Shown here piece by piece: positions 28,458 to 45,019 of a stretch of 64,000 nucleotides of DNA. The notes below the pieces were generated by a model, which was not told the origin of the DNA, did no database searches, and saw only the letters and a list, made by a program, of their open reading frames with translations. The first letter of the stretch is position 1, and each line of letters opens with the position of its first letter. This DNA is from the human T2T-CHM13v2.0 reference genome, Homo sapiens. The stretch lies in NCBI RefSeq assembly GCF_009914755.1, contig NC_060941.1. One strand, given 5' to 3'. A program made the position numbers and the translations under genes.

Positions 28458-29308
28458 AAAGGGCTGATATCCAGAATCTACAAAGAACTTAAATAAATTC
28501 ACAAGAAAAAATCAAACAACCCCATCAAAAAGTGGGTGACAGATATGAACAGACACTTCTCAAAAGAAGACATTTATGCAGCCAACAGACACATGAAAAA
28601 ATGCTCATCATCACTGGCCATCAGAGAAATGCAAATCAAAACCACAATGAGATACCATCTCACACCAGTTAGAATGACGATCATTAAAAAGTCAGGAAAC
28701 AACAGGTGCTGGAGAGGATGTGGAGAAATAGGAACACTTTTACACTGTTGATGGGACTGTAAACTAGTTCAACCATTGTGGAAGACAGCGTGGCGATTCC
28801 TCAAGGATCTAGAACTAGAAATACCATTTGACCCAGCAATCCCATTACTGGGTATATACCCAAAGGATTATAAATCATGCTGCTATAAAGACACATGCAT
28901 ACGTATGTTTATTGCGGCACTATTCACAATAGCAAAGACTTGGAACCAACCCAAATGTCCATCAATGATAGACTGGATTAAGAAAATGTGGCACATATAC
29001 ACCATGGAATACTATGCAGCCATAAAAAAGGATGAGTTCATGTCCTTTGTAGGGACATGGATGAAGCTGGAAACCATCATTCTGAGCAAACTATCACAAG
29101 GACAGAAAACCAAACATGACATGTTCTCACTCATAGGTGGGAATTGAACAATGAGAACACTTGGACACAGGATGGGGAACATTTACCTAATGTAAATGAT
29201 GAGTTAATGGGTGCAGCACACCAACATGGCACATGTATACATATGTAACAAACCTGCACGTTGTGCATATGTACCCTAGAACTTAAAGTATAATTAAAAA
29301 AAAAAAAA
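28458..29308 (+). mobile_element. 5'-truncated L1PA (young primate) with 3'UTR internal deletion
   Basis: Well-preserved ORF2 C-terminus ([19 protein letters not shown]…ILSKLSQ), 3'UTR and poly-A. Confidence 0.95.
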
Positions 29309-31228
29309 GAGATTTTCAGTGTGCTAGGCTCAGTGTTAAATATTGGAGTACATACAAAGAGAGGCAAATTCTTTTCAATACTCTCTTAAATTAGGACTTT
29401 TATACTTTTAATTGTTCTATCTGGTTTTTGGTTTTGATAGTCACAACCATCCAGTGTAATAGCTAGGGGATATCTTTGTGCATGTGTGTATGTGTGTGTA
29501 TAAATATTTTTATTTTGCCATTTTTAAAGTTCACCAGAATTTACAGATTATTTCTATGTTATACATCTTTTTAATGGAGTTTTAATTCCATGCAATAAGG
29601 AAATAAATATTGCACTTGCCTCATGTCTTCCCACAATTTAAAATGAATCTCGTGATGTGAGCCCAAAGTGTAAAAACCATCTTCCTCATAGTGCCTCACG
29701 GATTGATTTGTGGGTTGCTGGATGTGGCTAAATTGAAAACCGCCCTAATGGGTCAGGGACTGTGTTAACTATGTTACAATGTTTTTACCTTTAATCCTCA
29801 CCAGAGTCAACTCTAGAGGCTGGGAAGTCCAAGATCAAGGTGGCAGCAGATTCAGGGTCTGGTGAGGGCTTCTTCCTCATAGATGGCACGTTATATGTAT
29901 CGTCACACGGAGAAAGGGTAGGGTACATCTTACTAGTCTCATTTAACAGATGATAAAACTGAGGCCCAAAGAGATGAGGCGAATTGCCAAAATTCAAATA
30001 GCAAAACAGGTCTCTCAAACTCAGCCCTCTTAACTGCAAATCCAACGCTCTTTGGCAGATAATGCATGTGAAGAGACGAGGATACGGTGAGCTGGAGGGA
30101 ATTTTAAAGTGAATCCATAGAAAGGATGCATATTATTCCAGAAACATCATTCATACCTTTCATCCCAAACACACAAATCAAAGAGTCATTTCAAAGAGTA
30201 CCAAAAGAATGGGATATCAAAAGGATCAAACATAAACGATATGTAGAGACTTCTGTGCAAACCCAATTAGCCAGAGAAAGTGATAGGAAAATTTTAAATG
30301 TCCCCAAAGTGTCCTATTTAACCCTCTGCCCTGGTCTATGGCTTGATCCTGACCAAAGAGCTCCAGATGGAATGGATAGAGAGTCTGGGGTCGGCGTGGG
30401 GTTGTGTTTTGACTGCAAGTTGGCATCTCGCCAGGCTGGGCCTTCACTCTGTCCCCCTGCATGACCCTAGCCCACTTTGGCTTGCCGAATTACTTAAATG
30501 TTGTACATTACTAGTTAATAGACACAACATATTGAAAGTTTTACAATCAAATATTTATGCGGCTAGAAAACATTTTACATTATCTTTAAACAGCCATGTC
30601 ATCTATTTATTTTCATTCTCTGATCTTTCTGTTTTGTATCAGAATCAGAGAATTTAGCCTATTTACCCAGAAGTAAATATTATGATGAAAACATTGGGCG
30701 GCTCAAAAGTAGACTTAGTAAAATGCAGAAGTATTTTTTTGCCAGTGTCAATTGCACAACAGCCCCTGCATGGTAATAAATTAAGAAATTTCTAAGGGAT
30801 GCTTGAAGTATGGTGGTTAAATACTTCATGGCTAGATACTGTCTCTACCTGCCTGATCCCCTGATGGCAGGATATACCTGGATACATCTAGCAATTCTTT
30901 CTGGCTATTCATTCTTTTCTGCAATAGAGAGAAACTCTCCTGGGGCAATGAGGCAGCATTTGCAGGCGACTCCAGTAAGGGAAATATATTTAATACTGAA
31001 TCTTGGGCTTCAAGTAAGAGTTGATAGCCTATGGTCTGAAGAGTCCTATTGGTAGTTAATGGTCACTAAGTTTTCAGCTTGGCCTCCTCCTTTCTTGCTA
31101 GATATTTCTAACTTCTGAATGCTTCCCCCAACTCTGTCCTGTATGGTTGTTTTACTAGACTTCAAGAGCTAGTCCCATGTTTGTGCACTTATCTCTTCCC
31201 TGGAGAGGGTATCTCCTCTTATCACTGA

Positions 31229-31597
<369 letters not shown>

Positions 31598-32413
31598 CCT
31601 CCTTCTTCTTTTACATACCACTTCCAAAGAACATTCTTAAAGACATAAGGAAGGGGTCAGAATTTCAGAGGGCTAGAAAGCACCGTCCTCCGACGGGCCT
31701 CGATCCCCAGCCTCTGGCCTGAGGTGCTCAAGACCTAATTTCTGTCCCTTACCCTTAACCTGGTTCTTCTGTGCTATTTCTTGGGCGTTCTTGCTTCACC
31801 CAATTTCCTAATCTTTAACTGGACTCCCAGTCAGTCTTACATCTGTCTCACCCTCAGGGTGAAGGCTGGTAACCTGCCCCCTGGGGGTTTCTTCCTTACC
31901 AGAAGCCTCCTTAGACTTGAGGAAGGTGGTGTATGGGTTTAGGGCAAGTAGCACCTGTGTCGGAATGGATGCTCTCGTCAGTAGCCTTAGGCAACCCCCT
32001 AACCTCCCTGAACATCAGCTTTTTCCCCTACTATAGAAGAATGATGCATGAATAGTAGGATTGATGTAAGGAATAAATGTGGTTTATGTGTAAATAACCT
32101 CATACTATGTTTGGTCCAGAGTGAGGACTCATCAGCCAAGTAGTGGTAACTCTTACTCCTACTATTTGTGGTACAAATGCCCTGATTTCCTTAAAGATTC
32201 CCCCAGGCTTGATTTCCTCAATTTCTTCCTGATACTGACATGGTTTCTCTAAGTCATTACCTAAACATTAACTCTTAGTCGGTGATTCATAACTACAAGA
32301 CGATGTGGAAGATAGATGGGTGAAAGAAAAAGAAAGAGAGCAAGAAAGAATGAGAAAAGATTGGCGGAAAATGCAGGTTAGAAAATCCATGCTTTAGAAT
32401 AAAATATTCATAA

Positions 32414-32713
<300 letters not shown>

Positions 32714-35131
32714 AGTATTCATAATTTTAAGAATACAAATTCAGTAAAGTACAAATTTTTATTGAATATAAATTCAGAAAGTAAAGAAGACAGGTCCCTT
32801 TCTACAAGAAAAATAAGACATAAATGAGATAGGAATTACCCCAAACAGGAAAGAGCCCCTGGGTCACAGAAACCCTGGTTTGATTCCCCGAGTGAGTACC
32901 TGAGCAAATGGGTCCAGGGTCCATTTACACAGGTCTCAGCTTCCTTATCTCTGAAATGAGACGGTATAACCAGATTCATTGGACAAACGCTTAGCAACCA
33001 CTCACTGATAACCTACTCTGGACAAATTCTGGGCACTGAGGTTTCAAAGGAGCACAAGAGAATTAAGGTTCCTGCTCGTATTCCAGTAGTAGAGACAGAA
33101 AAAAAAGTAGATAACTAAATGAAATCATTTTAATAATCAGGAACTTAAAATTAATTGGATTGTAATTATTTGGGAGGAGTGGGCTACTTAAGCCAGGAAG
33201 GTCAGAGAACTTTCTGCGAGGCTGCTACTTCTGTGAATGGAGTCCAGGCATGCAAAGATCTGGGGGGCTGGACATTCCAGGCAGCGTGGACTGCAAATGG
33301 CCATGGGGTATGTGCAGAAGGAGAGGGGGCTAGTGTGGCCAGAGGTCAGTAAACAAGGAGAGCCTGGAGTGAGGTTAGCAGGGCAGGCAGGTGCCAGGCT
33401 CGTGGGGATTCTAAGTCAGCAAGGGGCAGAGGGCATGTAAAAATCGGGCAAATGGAGGTGATTCTGACAAAAAGGGATATTTACAAAGTTGTGGGTGGGA
33501 TAGGAAAACCACCAAACATAGTAGGTAGGACAGCAGACCCCTGACCACTCTTAGCACTGAACAAACAGGAGAGAGTGGTCACTGGGACCACAGGGAGGGA
33601 GTCAAATAGAGGGAACTTCTTGACTGGAGCCCTGGCGGGGACCCTGGGAAACAAATGCCCTGACCTCACCCTTTGCCTCCCTCCAATCCCCAGCAGAACT
33701 CCCCATTAACTGGACACACTCAGAAGCTAAAGGGCAAAGGAGTCCACTAATGCAGGTCCTATTGACCAGCCTCCCTGCGGACCCCCCAGGGTGAAGAGTG
33801 GGACAAGAGGAGAAGGAGGAAGATGCAGAGGGGCAAAGCAAAGCTGTCAGGAGATAGAGCAGCCGTGATGAGGTGTTCGCTTTATGCTAAGGGCACTGGG
33901 AAGCTGCAGGAGAGTTTTAAGCAAGGGAATACTTGGAACTGATTTATGTTAAAAGATCTTTCTGGCTGCTGTGTGGAGCCAGAGTTTAGAGAGGCTAGAT
34001 CAGAAGTTGGGAGAATATTTAGGAGGCGATTACACCATTTAAGTAAGAAATGCATGCTAATGTGGTTCAGCATGATGGCTGAACATAAAGAGAAATAAAT
34101 GGATTTGGGATCCACATTGGTATGAAAATTAAAAAAAAAATAAACCCAACTTCTACCATTGCCGTGAGCTAAAGTGAAGCTTTCATGCAGCCCTAATGGA
34201 AAATGAGAACATATGTGCACCGTGCATGCTGCAAACCCCGGAACTTCTGGCCAGTGCCAACTCATGTTGCTTTTACGGTGCAAAGAGCATTGAGATAAAT
34301 TTATCAGCTCTATGCCATTTTTATTTATAATAAGGAGAACGAAAATAAAAGAATTTTCCAAGCCCGGCATGTAGAAAAATGATTTGTTCAGTCGACCCGA
34401 CAAATAACAAATAGTAAAGTCTTCCAGTTTTATTGTTGGCATTATCATAAAGAACAGGCTGTGCTTATTATCTGGTTAAAGGGGGTTCGTTCTGTGTGAT
34501 GTTGAAGTGAGTTATAATCTTTAATAAACAAATAACATCGGTATTTTTTTAATTTCATAGTCATGAATGTTTGTAGAATTGTCTTTTCTCTCTCTCTCTT
34601 TGGTGATGCTTTTGTCAGACGTCAGAAATGCTTTTGCTCTGTCCCCAGACATGGGGTGTCATTTCCAACCATAGAGTCGTGAGGCTGTTTCTAAATTCCA
34701 TCAATGCTTCTTCAAGGACCAGGCTACACCAGTGATGGCAGCTTAATGGCACCTGTCATAATACCAATCCCAAGACATTAATTCACTCCTGGGAAGTCCC
34801 AGTGTCCCGTAATAAACCTGTGTAGACTATTAAAGTTATATTCTTATGTAAGGGAAGCCTAGCACAGAACGAGGTCATAGAGCAAAGAGAACCATGGAAG
34901 GATGGTTTGGTCCCTCTGCACATAAAAGATGTAACAAATATTGTAGAGAGAACTGATCATTTTTTGCAAAATTTACGTGTAAGGATCAAAACCCCTAGTA
35001 TTTTTTAAAACAAAGAACAAATATGTGAGTACTTCAGACACATCTGAGGTCAAATGTCAGCCCCTATGCTCACCAAATTGCTTCACCTCTGTAAGCAGGG
35101 CTACCCCTAGAAGATGCAAGGGCTTTGCATG

Positions 35132-35815
35132 AATATATATATATATACACACACACACACATATATACACAAATATATATATACACACACAAATATATAT
35201 ATTGTATATATATTTGTATAGTGTGTATTTGTATATATGTGTGTGTATATATAATATATATTATATATTATTATATATAATTTATATATATTTTATATAT
35301 TATAATATATAATATATATTGTATAATATATAATATATATTATATTATATATAATATAATATATATTATATATTATATATAATATAATATATATTATGTA
35401 TAATATATATTATACATAATATATATCATATTATATAATTTATATTATATTATATTATATATATTATATAATATAATATATAGATGGGATCCCTGCTATA
35501 TATTATATAATATATATTATATATCATATATAATATATATGATATATATTATACATTATATAATATATGTTATTATAATATATAAAATATATATAATATA
35601 TGTTATTATAATATATAAAATATATATAATATATGTTATAATATATAAAATATATATAATATATGTTATTATAATATATAAAATATATATAATATATGTT
35701 ATTATAATATATAAAATATATATAATATATGTTATAATATATAATATATAAAATATATGTTATTATAATATATAATATATATTTTATATATATAGCAGGG
35801 ATCCCGTCTATATAA
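35132..35815. repeat. AT-rich low-complexity/minisatellite tract with inverted repeats
   Basis: (TA)-rich ~680 bp, including ~30-33-bp units tatatgttattataatatataaaatatatataa. Confidence 0.95.
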
Positions 35816-37167
35816 ATAATTTGAGTCACTCAAAATCACGTCAGCTCCACCCTTGAGGCCTAATCTTGTGCCGATCCCACAGAAGAAATAATGCACAAGC
35901 CAAAGGAAGTTATCAGCTCACTAGGCTACCCTCCTGAAGTCTGGTCATGTGGACCCAGGACAATTCATTAGGCTCAAGTTTCAGAGCTCATTTGGGCATC
36001 TTGTTGATCCCTCCACAGGACAGAGGGTTGGAGAGTACCCTGAGGGAAAGCAACAGGAACTTGCCCACCCTATGTGAGGGTCCCACCCTATGTGACATGG
36101 AGTCAGAACACCTAGCCAAGATGCCACCTCTCGCCTCCACAGTTCCCAGGTACCACAGGAAGACTTAAACTATTTCAAGAGAGGCACTCCAAAGTACAGG
36201 AGGATGCCTGAGATGTGGCATCTAGGATGGAGGCCCTACTTGCATTGGTCTAAGGATGGTACTCTCTCTGAACCTCAATTTCCCTATCCGTAGGATGGGA
36301 ATAAAAATTTTACCTCTTGCTAAGGTTATTGTTAAGTGTTAAGTGAGATAATACCACCATTCAGATTCCTAGCATATAGTAAGCATTCTCTCAATATTGG
36401 CTAATGTTGTACTCATGTGTGTATATGTAAATACATACATGTAAATAAGGATGTTGCAGCCCAATTTCAGAAAACTTTTTGAAGACAGATGTGTTCATCA
36501 GCATTTAACTTTGGGCTCTGTTCCTCAGCGGGTGTGGTGATATGCCTGTCTTCAAAAACTACTGGTGAGCAACCTCAAATACAGCCAAAGGAAAAAAAAA
36601 GAGGACACAAAAAATCTTTAGCACTATTAGCTCTAGTTTCACAGAGTTCTGGCCAAGCAGATATTCGTCTGCAGGGTTTATTTTTTTTCTTTTCAAATAG
36701 GGCAAAAATAATACTTCCAAAATCTAAATGCCTCAAAACCGAATATAATTGTTTCCATTGTTATAATTAACTTAAGCATGAAGCATTCCTCATTTATATT
36801 TTGAGTGAAGCCTTCAGAAAACTCAGAAGCCTGCTAACCCAGGCCAGCATCTCAGGGGATCTGATGGCAGCATCCCTGGAGATTGCCCCACCCCCCTTGC
36901 AGGGGCACCACAGCAACCACGAGGCACTGATTTCATGCAGTGCCAGCCTGGTCTGATGGAACTGGATGCCGTTTAAATGATATTGAACTTTCCCCTGGTT
37001 TGTAATTGGTCTGGATGTTTTACCACAAAAAAATAGTTATTTCCCAAAGGATCACCATTACAGAGTCTGAATATGTGGCATTTGTAGAGTACTTTAGAAG
37101 AGAAGAGGTGTTTCTTTGCACTTTAGCTTTGCCTGTAAATGGATTGGTTGATGTGTAGGGATTCTAG

Positions 37168-37232
37168 CATTATCATCGTCATTGCCATCACCACCACCAT
37201 CATTATCATCATCGTCATCAACATCATCATCA
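37168..37232. repeat. Degenerate (CAT)n, followed by a MIR (~37240-37480)
   Basis: catcatcgtcattgccatcaccacc…; MIR core downstream. Confidence 0.8.
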
Positions 37233-38253
37233 TGGCTCTCATTTGTAGGAAATCTACCATGTACCAGGCTCTGTCCCGAGTGTTTTCTTTATATCTGTTT
37301 ACCCACGGAATTCTCTCCATAACCTATGAGCTAGATATCCTTGCTTACAGATGAAGAAACCAAGACACAAAGAACAGAGAGGTTAAGTTAGTTGCCCAAG
37401 GTCACACAGGTAATAAAAGGCGGAGTTAGGGAATTGCATTCTGGTGCCAGGCTCCAGAACCCATATCCTTTGCCATAACTAGCCTCTGTGCTGGTATTGC
37501 CAAAGATGAAGACTTAAAACATGTATACAAGATATACAAGATGAAGACTGACAGAGCTACCAATGACTAGGTGTTTCATTCATCTTCTTTCCAAACCGAA
37601 ACCATCTGCAGTCACATACATTTTATCGGATTTTCTAGGATTCTCATTTGGTCATTTTTAACAAATTTGCTGTCAAACACACTGGAAGATATCCTAGACT
37701 CGTGTCTTGAAAGCCATAGACACAGTTACTGTTCTTTAGTTTTAAATGATAATGTAACAAAATCCTGTTTTTATTAATGGAATGGGTTAGTACCAAGGTC
37801 AGTTCGTAATAAAGAATTTTCCAGAAAAAAAGAAAAGGAATTGGCAACGTACTGTAAGAAAAGACTGCATGAGCCAGGAAGCAACTTAGAGATGTTTAAA
37901 TTTTCCCTGACATGAATGCTGACCACCCAGGGGAATAAAAAAAAACACCTGTCCCAGGCAGGCAGGGATTCAGGCAGGGTATGTGGATACCCAGAGAGGG
38001 AAACCTGAGCAGGCTTCTCAGTCATCTGTCACATTAGAGGCCCCATGTGTCCAAGAGTCACACAGAAGCCTTGTGACCAAGACCTGGTCTTAGGTCTGTC
38101 TCTAAGTAGAGAGGCCACTGTTGGTGAATCAGTGGTTCTTTGTCCTGTGTCCATTTTTTCAATGGTCCAAAAGTTTCTTAAATCTCTCAAAGGATTGAGA
38201 TGAAAAATCGCAAAGGAAAATACACACGAACGGGCTTTAAAAAGTTAAAATTA

Positions 38254-39240
<987 letters not shown>

Positions 39241-40600
39241 AAAAAGTTAAAATTACATATGACGTTGGAGAAAAGAAGCATAAAAACAGTGCAATTGTAA
39301 AACAGGAAGGTCCTTATCAAGACAAGCATATGACAGCTAAGGACTGTGAACTGCTGCTGGGACATTGGGCAGGTTATAGTCTGAGGACCGCTTGAGTCAG
39401 TTTCTATAAAACTAGCATATCTGCTCAAATCTTATGTGCAAAAAGGAATTTTGCTCCAAAAGCATTCAGTGGATCTGAATGTCCCTTGGCCATTTGCTGG
39501 ATTGAATGATTATTTGTTAAGTTTCCTTCAACTGAACACTGGGTTCCTGAGACCGGCTTCCTGAGAGTATCGCTGGTGGACAAGCCTCCCACCGTGAATT
39601 TTCTTTACTGTTATTATAGCTGGTTTTAATAGCATTTGGAATTTTTCCTTTTCAGACATTCTCACTTGGAATGTACTAATTTTCATAGTCAGATGTTGGT
39701 TTTAGCTAATTTGTTGTAGCTCCTTGAATGGGCCATGCTATTTTCAGAGAGAGAAAAATATCTTTCCTAGTGCCCCCTAAAATGAAAAGCTCCCCTTCCT
39801 GACTCACAGCCCTGGAGATGTGGGGTGAGGTGAAGAGACTTAGAAAGCTCTGGGGGAATTTCTGTCCACTAAATAGTACCACCGGCCTTCCTCCACCCCC
39901 TCCTCACTCCCGTTGCATACAGGGTGGTGCTTCACCATTCCTTAGCCATAATAGGCATCCTGAGTTAATGAGATGAGGCATGCATGATTTGTAAGGTCAC
40001 CTGAAGCAGGTCAGGGATTTATGGGCCTCCATTCTGTTTTCTGCAAAGCGGGGGAGATAGTAAGCAAACTGAGAGAAAGGAGGAGTTAGGAAACAGAACA
40101 CAACCAGTTGCAAAAAAGAAAGAAAGAAAAGGAAAACATTTAGAAGAGAAGGCAAACTCCCAGATCACACTTTATGAACCAGAAGAGGTTTAAGTGTATA
40201 ATGTTGTATCAGGCCCTGAACAGAGTGAATCAGAACAAAACAGTTGCTGCATCCAAGCATCACACAACAAACCCCTGTTGGGCAGCTGCTTTTTGAAAGC
40301 CTCAATGTATCATGCCTTGGTAGAATCGAAGGATACAGGACAAGCCAGAGCTCTCAAGAAATGTGTAATCTATTCGCAGAAGAAAAGACAAAAGACAACA
40401 AACACTATTCTGTATATAATAATTCAAATACAAATTATGTCAAAGGGCGGTTTATTATGGAAAGAATAATAGAAAATTAGCAAAATAGTAATAAAAGGAA
40501 AAATAGATAATGGGTTATAAACATAAATGAAAACTATATTCCGGTGCTCCAGGAGCCTTCAAACTAGTGGAGGAATTTTTTATGCTAAAAAGTAATTGAT

Positions 40601-41370
<770 letters not shown>

Positions 41371-41379
41371 GGAGAAATT

Positions 41380-42000
41380 GACAAGGGCCATAGTATGTGG
41401 GGCTTTCTATGTCACACTTAGGAGCATGGACATAACCCTTTGGCACAAGAGAGCCAAAAAGGAGTTTAAGCAGGAAGCAGTGTGATCCGCCTTATGATTT
41501 AGGATTATCACTTTGATGACAACGTGGAAGATGGACTGGAGCAGGGAAAGCCTAAGAGGAAGAAGACCACTCAAGAGACACATGCAGTAAACCAGGGGAA
41601 AAGTCAACAAGAGCTTGAAGTAAGTAAGAGGCATTAGGGATAAATAAAGGAGGTACATTCAATAGGTATTTAGGGAGGAGAATGGATGTGGCGTGGTGAT
41701 CGATTGAGGATGGAGAGAATGCAGAAACGTAGATTGTGGCCATCGTCCCCAAACCAGTCATTAGGTGGATACTTTTCCCCATTCATTGGAATGAGCAGGA
41801 AAGTTCAGGAAAGAAAGTGTGGGAAAAGGATTAGGTCTGAAGGAAAACTTGATGAGAGGAAGTGGTTAAATTTGGTTTTGCACCTCTTATTGTCAAAGAG
41901 CTTTTGGGAAATCAAGTGGAGAAAGCATTTGGATATGTGGGTCTAGAGCACAAGAGAAGAATTTCAGAAAGATATACAGCTTTGGAAGGAGTTCTAAGAG
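41380..42000. mobile_element. L2 remnant
   Basis: ggagtttaagcaggaagcagtgtgatcc…gtggagaaagcatttggatatgtgggtctagagc. Confidence 0.6.
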
Positions 42001-43436
42001 GAAGAAAAGAAGCAGCAATGATCAATTTCAAGAGAACCTGGAAAAACAAAGATGGATAAATGTCTACTGGAAGACTGGGTGGTCTTTACTCACATTGGTA
42101 CTGTTAAAATAGAGGGGAAAAAAAAAACAAGTGAAATTGAAGAATTTGCACCCTGAAAATTGCACCTACCCAGAAATGAATGACAACTATGAGTTCATCT
42201 CCAGACAACACACTTCTCCATTGTCCATATTCTCTATGGCAAACAAGTCACAGCAGTGAGACAGCCATCTCAGATATAACTTGGACCCCGAGGAAACTAT
42301 CATTGCATGGATCCAGTGCAAACAAGCTTGGGCAATATCTCTGTGTCATGTAACCTAAAGGCAAGAACGAAGCTGGAATCACGAATGGTTTGTATTTACA
42401 CACTGCCAGAATGCTCACTGTTTCTATTTTACACTCCTCTTCACCCCTCTTAAAGTGAGAGTAGCAAGGATCCAGGAAGACGAAGAAGAAGAGGCCACAC
42501 AGGGGTGCATGACTTTCAGCACAGAGACCCTGCTATCTAGTAAATGTGGCCCAACCGAGTGGCTCCAAATCGGGATGAGCAAATTGTATTCCCTTTTCTT
42601 GGGCAGGAACTAGGATGGAGAAGTGCAAAGAGAGAGAGGAAAGGTGAAAGCATTGCTGGCTGTTGGGCAGACTCGGAAGGGGCTGTGACCGATCCTGCAA
42701 CTGAAACTACTTTCTTTATGTTGTTTAAATCTTTGTTTAAATTAGGCAAAAGTCCTTCTACATTCACTTTTATGAAAGAAAGCAGGTTATGTTAATAGTG
42801 TGGCTGACATGAGTTCCATCTGTGCTTTCATGACATTAACTCGTAGAATAATGACACTGGATTTCTGGTTTGTTGAGAGTTTGTGGATGACCCCCACCAC
42901 TATATTCTTAGCCCCTAGAGGTTCTGGACCATATCTGCTTTATCTTTATATTCCTTACAGTGCTAGAACACAGTCTGCACTTAATAAATATTTCTGGAAT
43001 GGAAAGAAATTGAGAGGCTGGGGCTGCATTTCTTAAATAGGTAATTCTTCAAGTAGGTGACTTGATGGTACATACTTCCTCCTCCCTACTGCAGTCAAGC
43101 TCTTGGAAAGCAGAGGAGAAATTTCACAACAGAGTTCACAAAGAAGATTCACAGGGGTCTGACTCAGTGTGCAGACATGCTCTATTGGCTCCATTTGACT
43201 CTTCTCCCCCCCACCCCACCCCCCGACACACACACACTTGTATGGGCCTTGTGGGTGCTGGGAGTAACTGGGAGTTTGAGAGACTTCAAGGTAGAAAGGA
43301 GAAAAGGCAGGATGCAATTAGAAAGCATTTCTACATTACCATTTCTGGTCAAATTGACTGAAGAATCTTAGAAATAAAAAAATACTAAATCTTCCATGCT
43401 ACTGTTAGCTGTGATTTCATTTCTCATTCTATGTAA

Positions 43437-43895
<459 letters not shown>

Positions 43896-44207
43896 TAGTT
43901 GTTCATATTTTTAAAAGCCAATACCTTTCACATTACAACCTGGATTTCTAGTGTCTTTGAACAGTTAAGGAGAATAGCAATGAGGGCCTGTGTTCCTTCT
44001 CTCATGGCTACAGTCACCTAGAGCTAGGTCATGGCTGCCCCCCTTGGATGAGCCACCTGCTAAACAGTTTGTTGTGTGAAACCCCCTCCTGCCTACATTT
44101 TATCTTCTCTCTGGCTCACTCGACTCATTTGAGTTTGCAAACCTATCTCTCTATGCATGCCTGCCAGGGCACTTGCCACAGTGACTTGCTCACATCCCTA
44201 AATGCAT

Positions 44208-44415
44208 TTTCTTTTTCTTTCTTTCTTTCTTTCTTTTTTTTTTTTTTTTTTTTTTTGAGACAAGGTCTCACTCTGTCACCCAGGCTGGAGTGCAGTGACA
44301 CAATCATGGCTCACTGCAGCCTCAACTTCCTGGGCTCAGGTGATCAGGTGATTCTCCCACCTCAGCTTCCTGTGTAGCTGGGACTACAGGCATGTGCCAC
44401 CATGCCTGACTTTTG

Positions 44416-44464
<49 letters not shown>

Positions 44465-44587
44465 TTTTAGCAGAGACGGGGTTTCATCATATTTCCCAGG
44501 CTGGTCTCAAACTCCTGGACTCAAGTGATCCACCTGCCTTGGTCTCCCAAAGTGCTGGGATTACAGGTGTGAGCCACCGTGCCTGGC
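44208..44587 (-). mobile_element. AluJ with (TG)n (44414-44462) in the central linker
   Basis: TSD cctaaatgcat at 44197-44207 and 44590-44600. Confidence 0.93.
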
Positions 44588-45019
44588 CCCCTAAATGCAT
44601 CTTAAATGAACTAATGAAAGATGAATAAATGCTTCCCTGAAGTTACTTATTCACCGATGTGTGAGAGAATAAAAAGAGAAAATGGACAAGAGGTGATACT
44701 AGAGACAGGTACTGAAGAACTCTTCATGTCTCAAGAAGACCATGAGATCCATTCACACAATAATGACCTTGGTGGGGAAGGGGATTTGCTAAGAGAGGAC
44801 CACAGGGAGAATTCGAGGTCCTGAGAACAACATAGGTGAGCTGTCCCTCTGCTCACCACACTATCCCCTGTCTGTGACCCAGCAGCTGACCTCATGGTGC
44901 TCCTAGGAAAGGAGATGTGTAAGGGGTCAAGATTTAAGGTGGTGACTCTGCACTGTACTTTGAACTCACACCTATGGACATAATCACTTCCATTGTGGCT
45001 GAAGGCTGAGGACCACAGC

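Noticed and set aside
33882-34448. 188-aa minus-strand ORF
   Set aside because: Partly overlaps L2-like sequence, with no domain or coding-like composition.
35524-35829. Ile/Tyr-rich ORFs
   Set aside because: Translation of the AT minisatellite.
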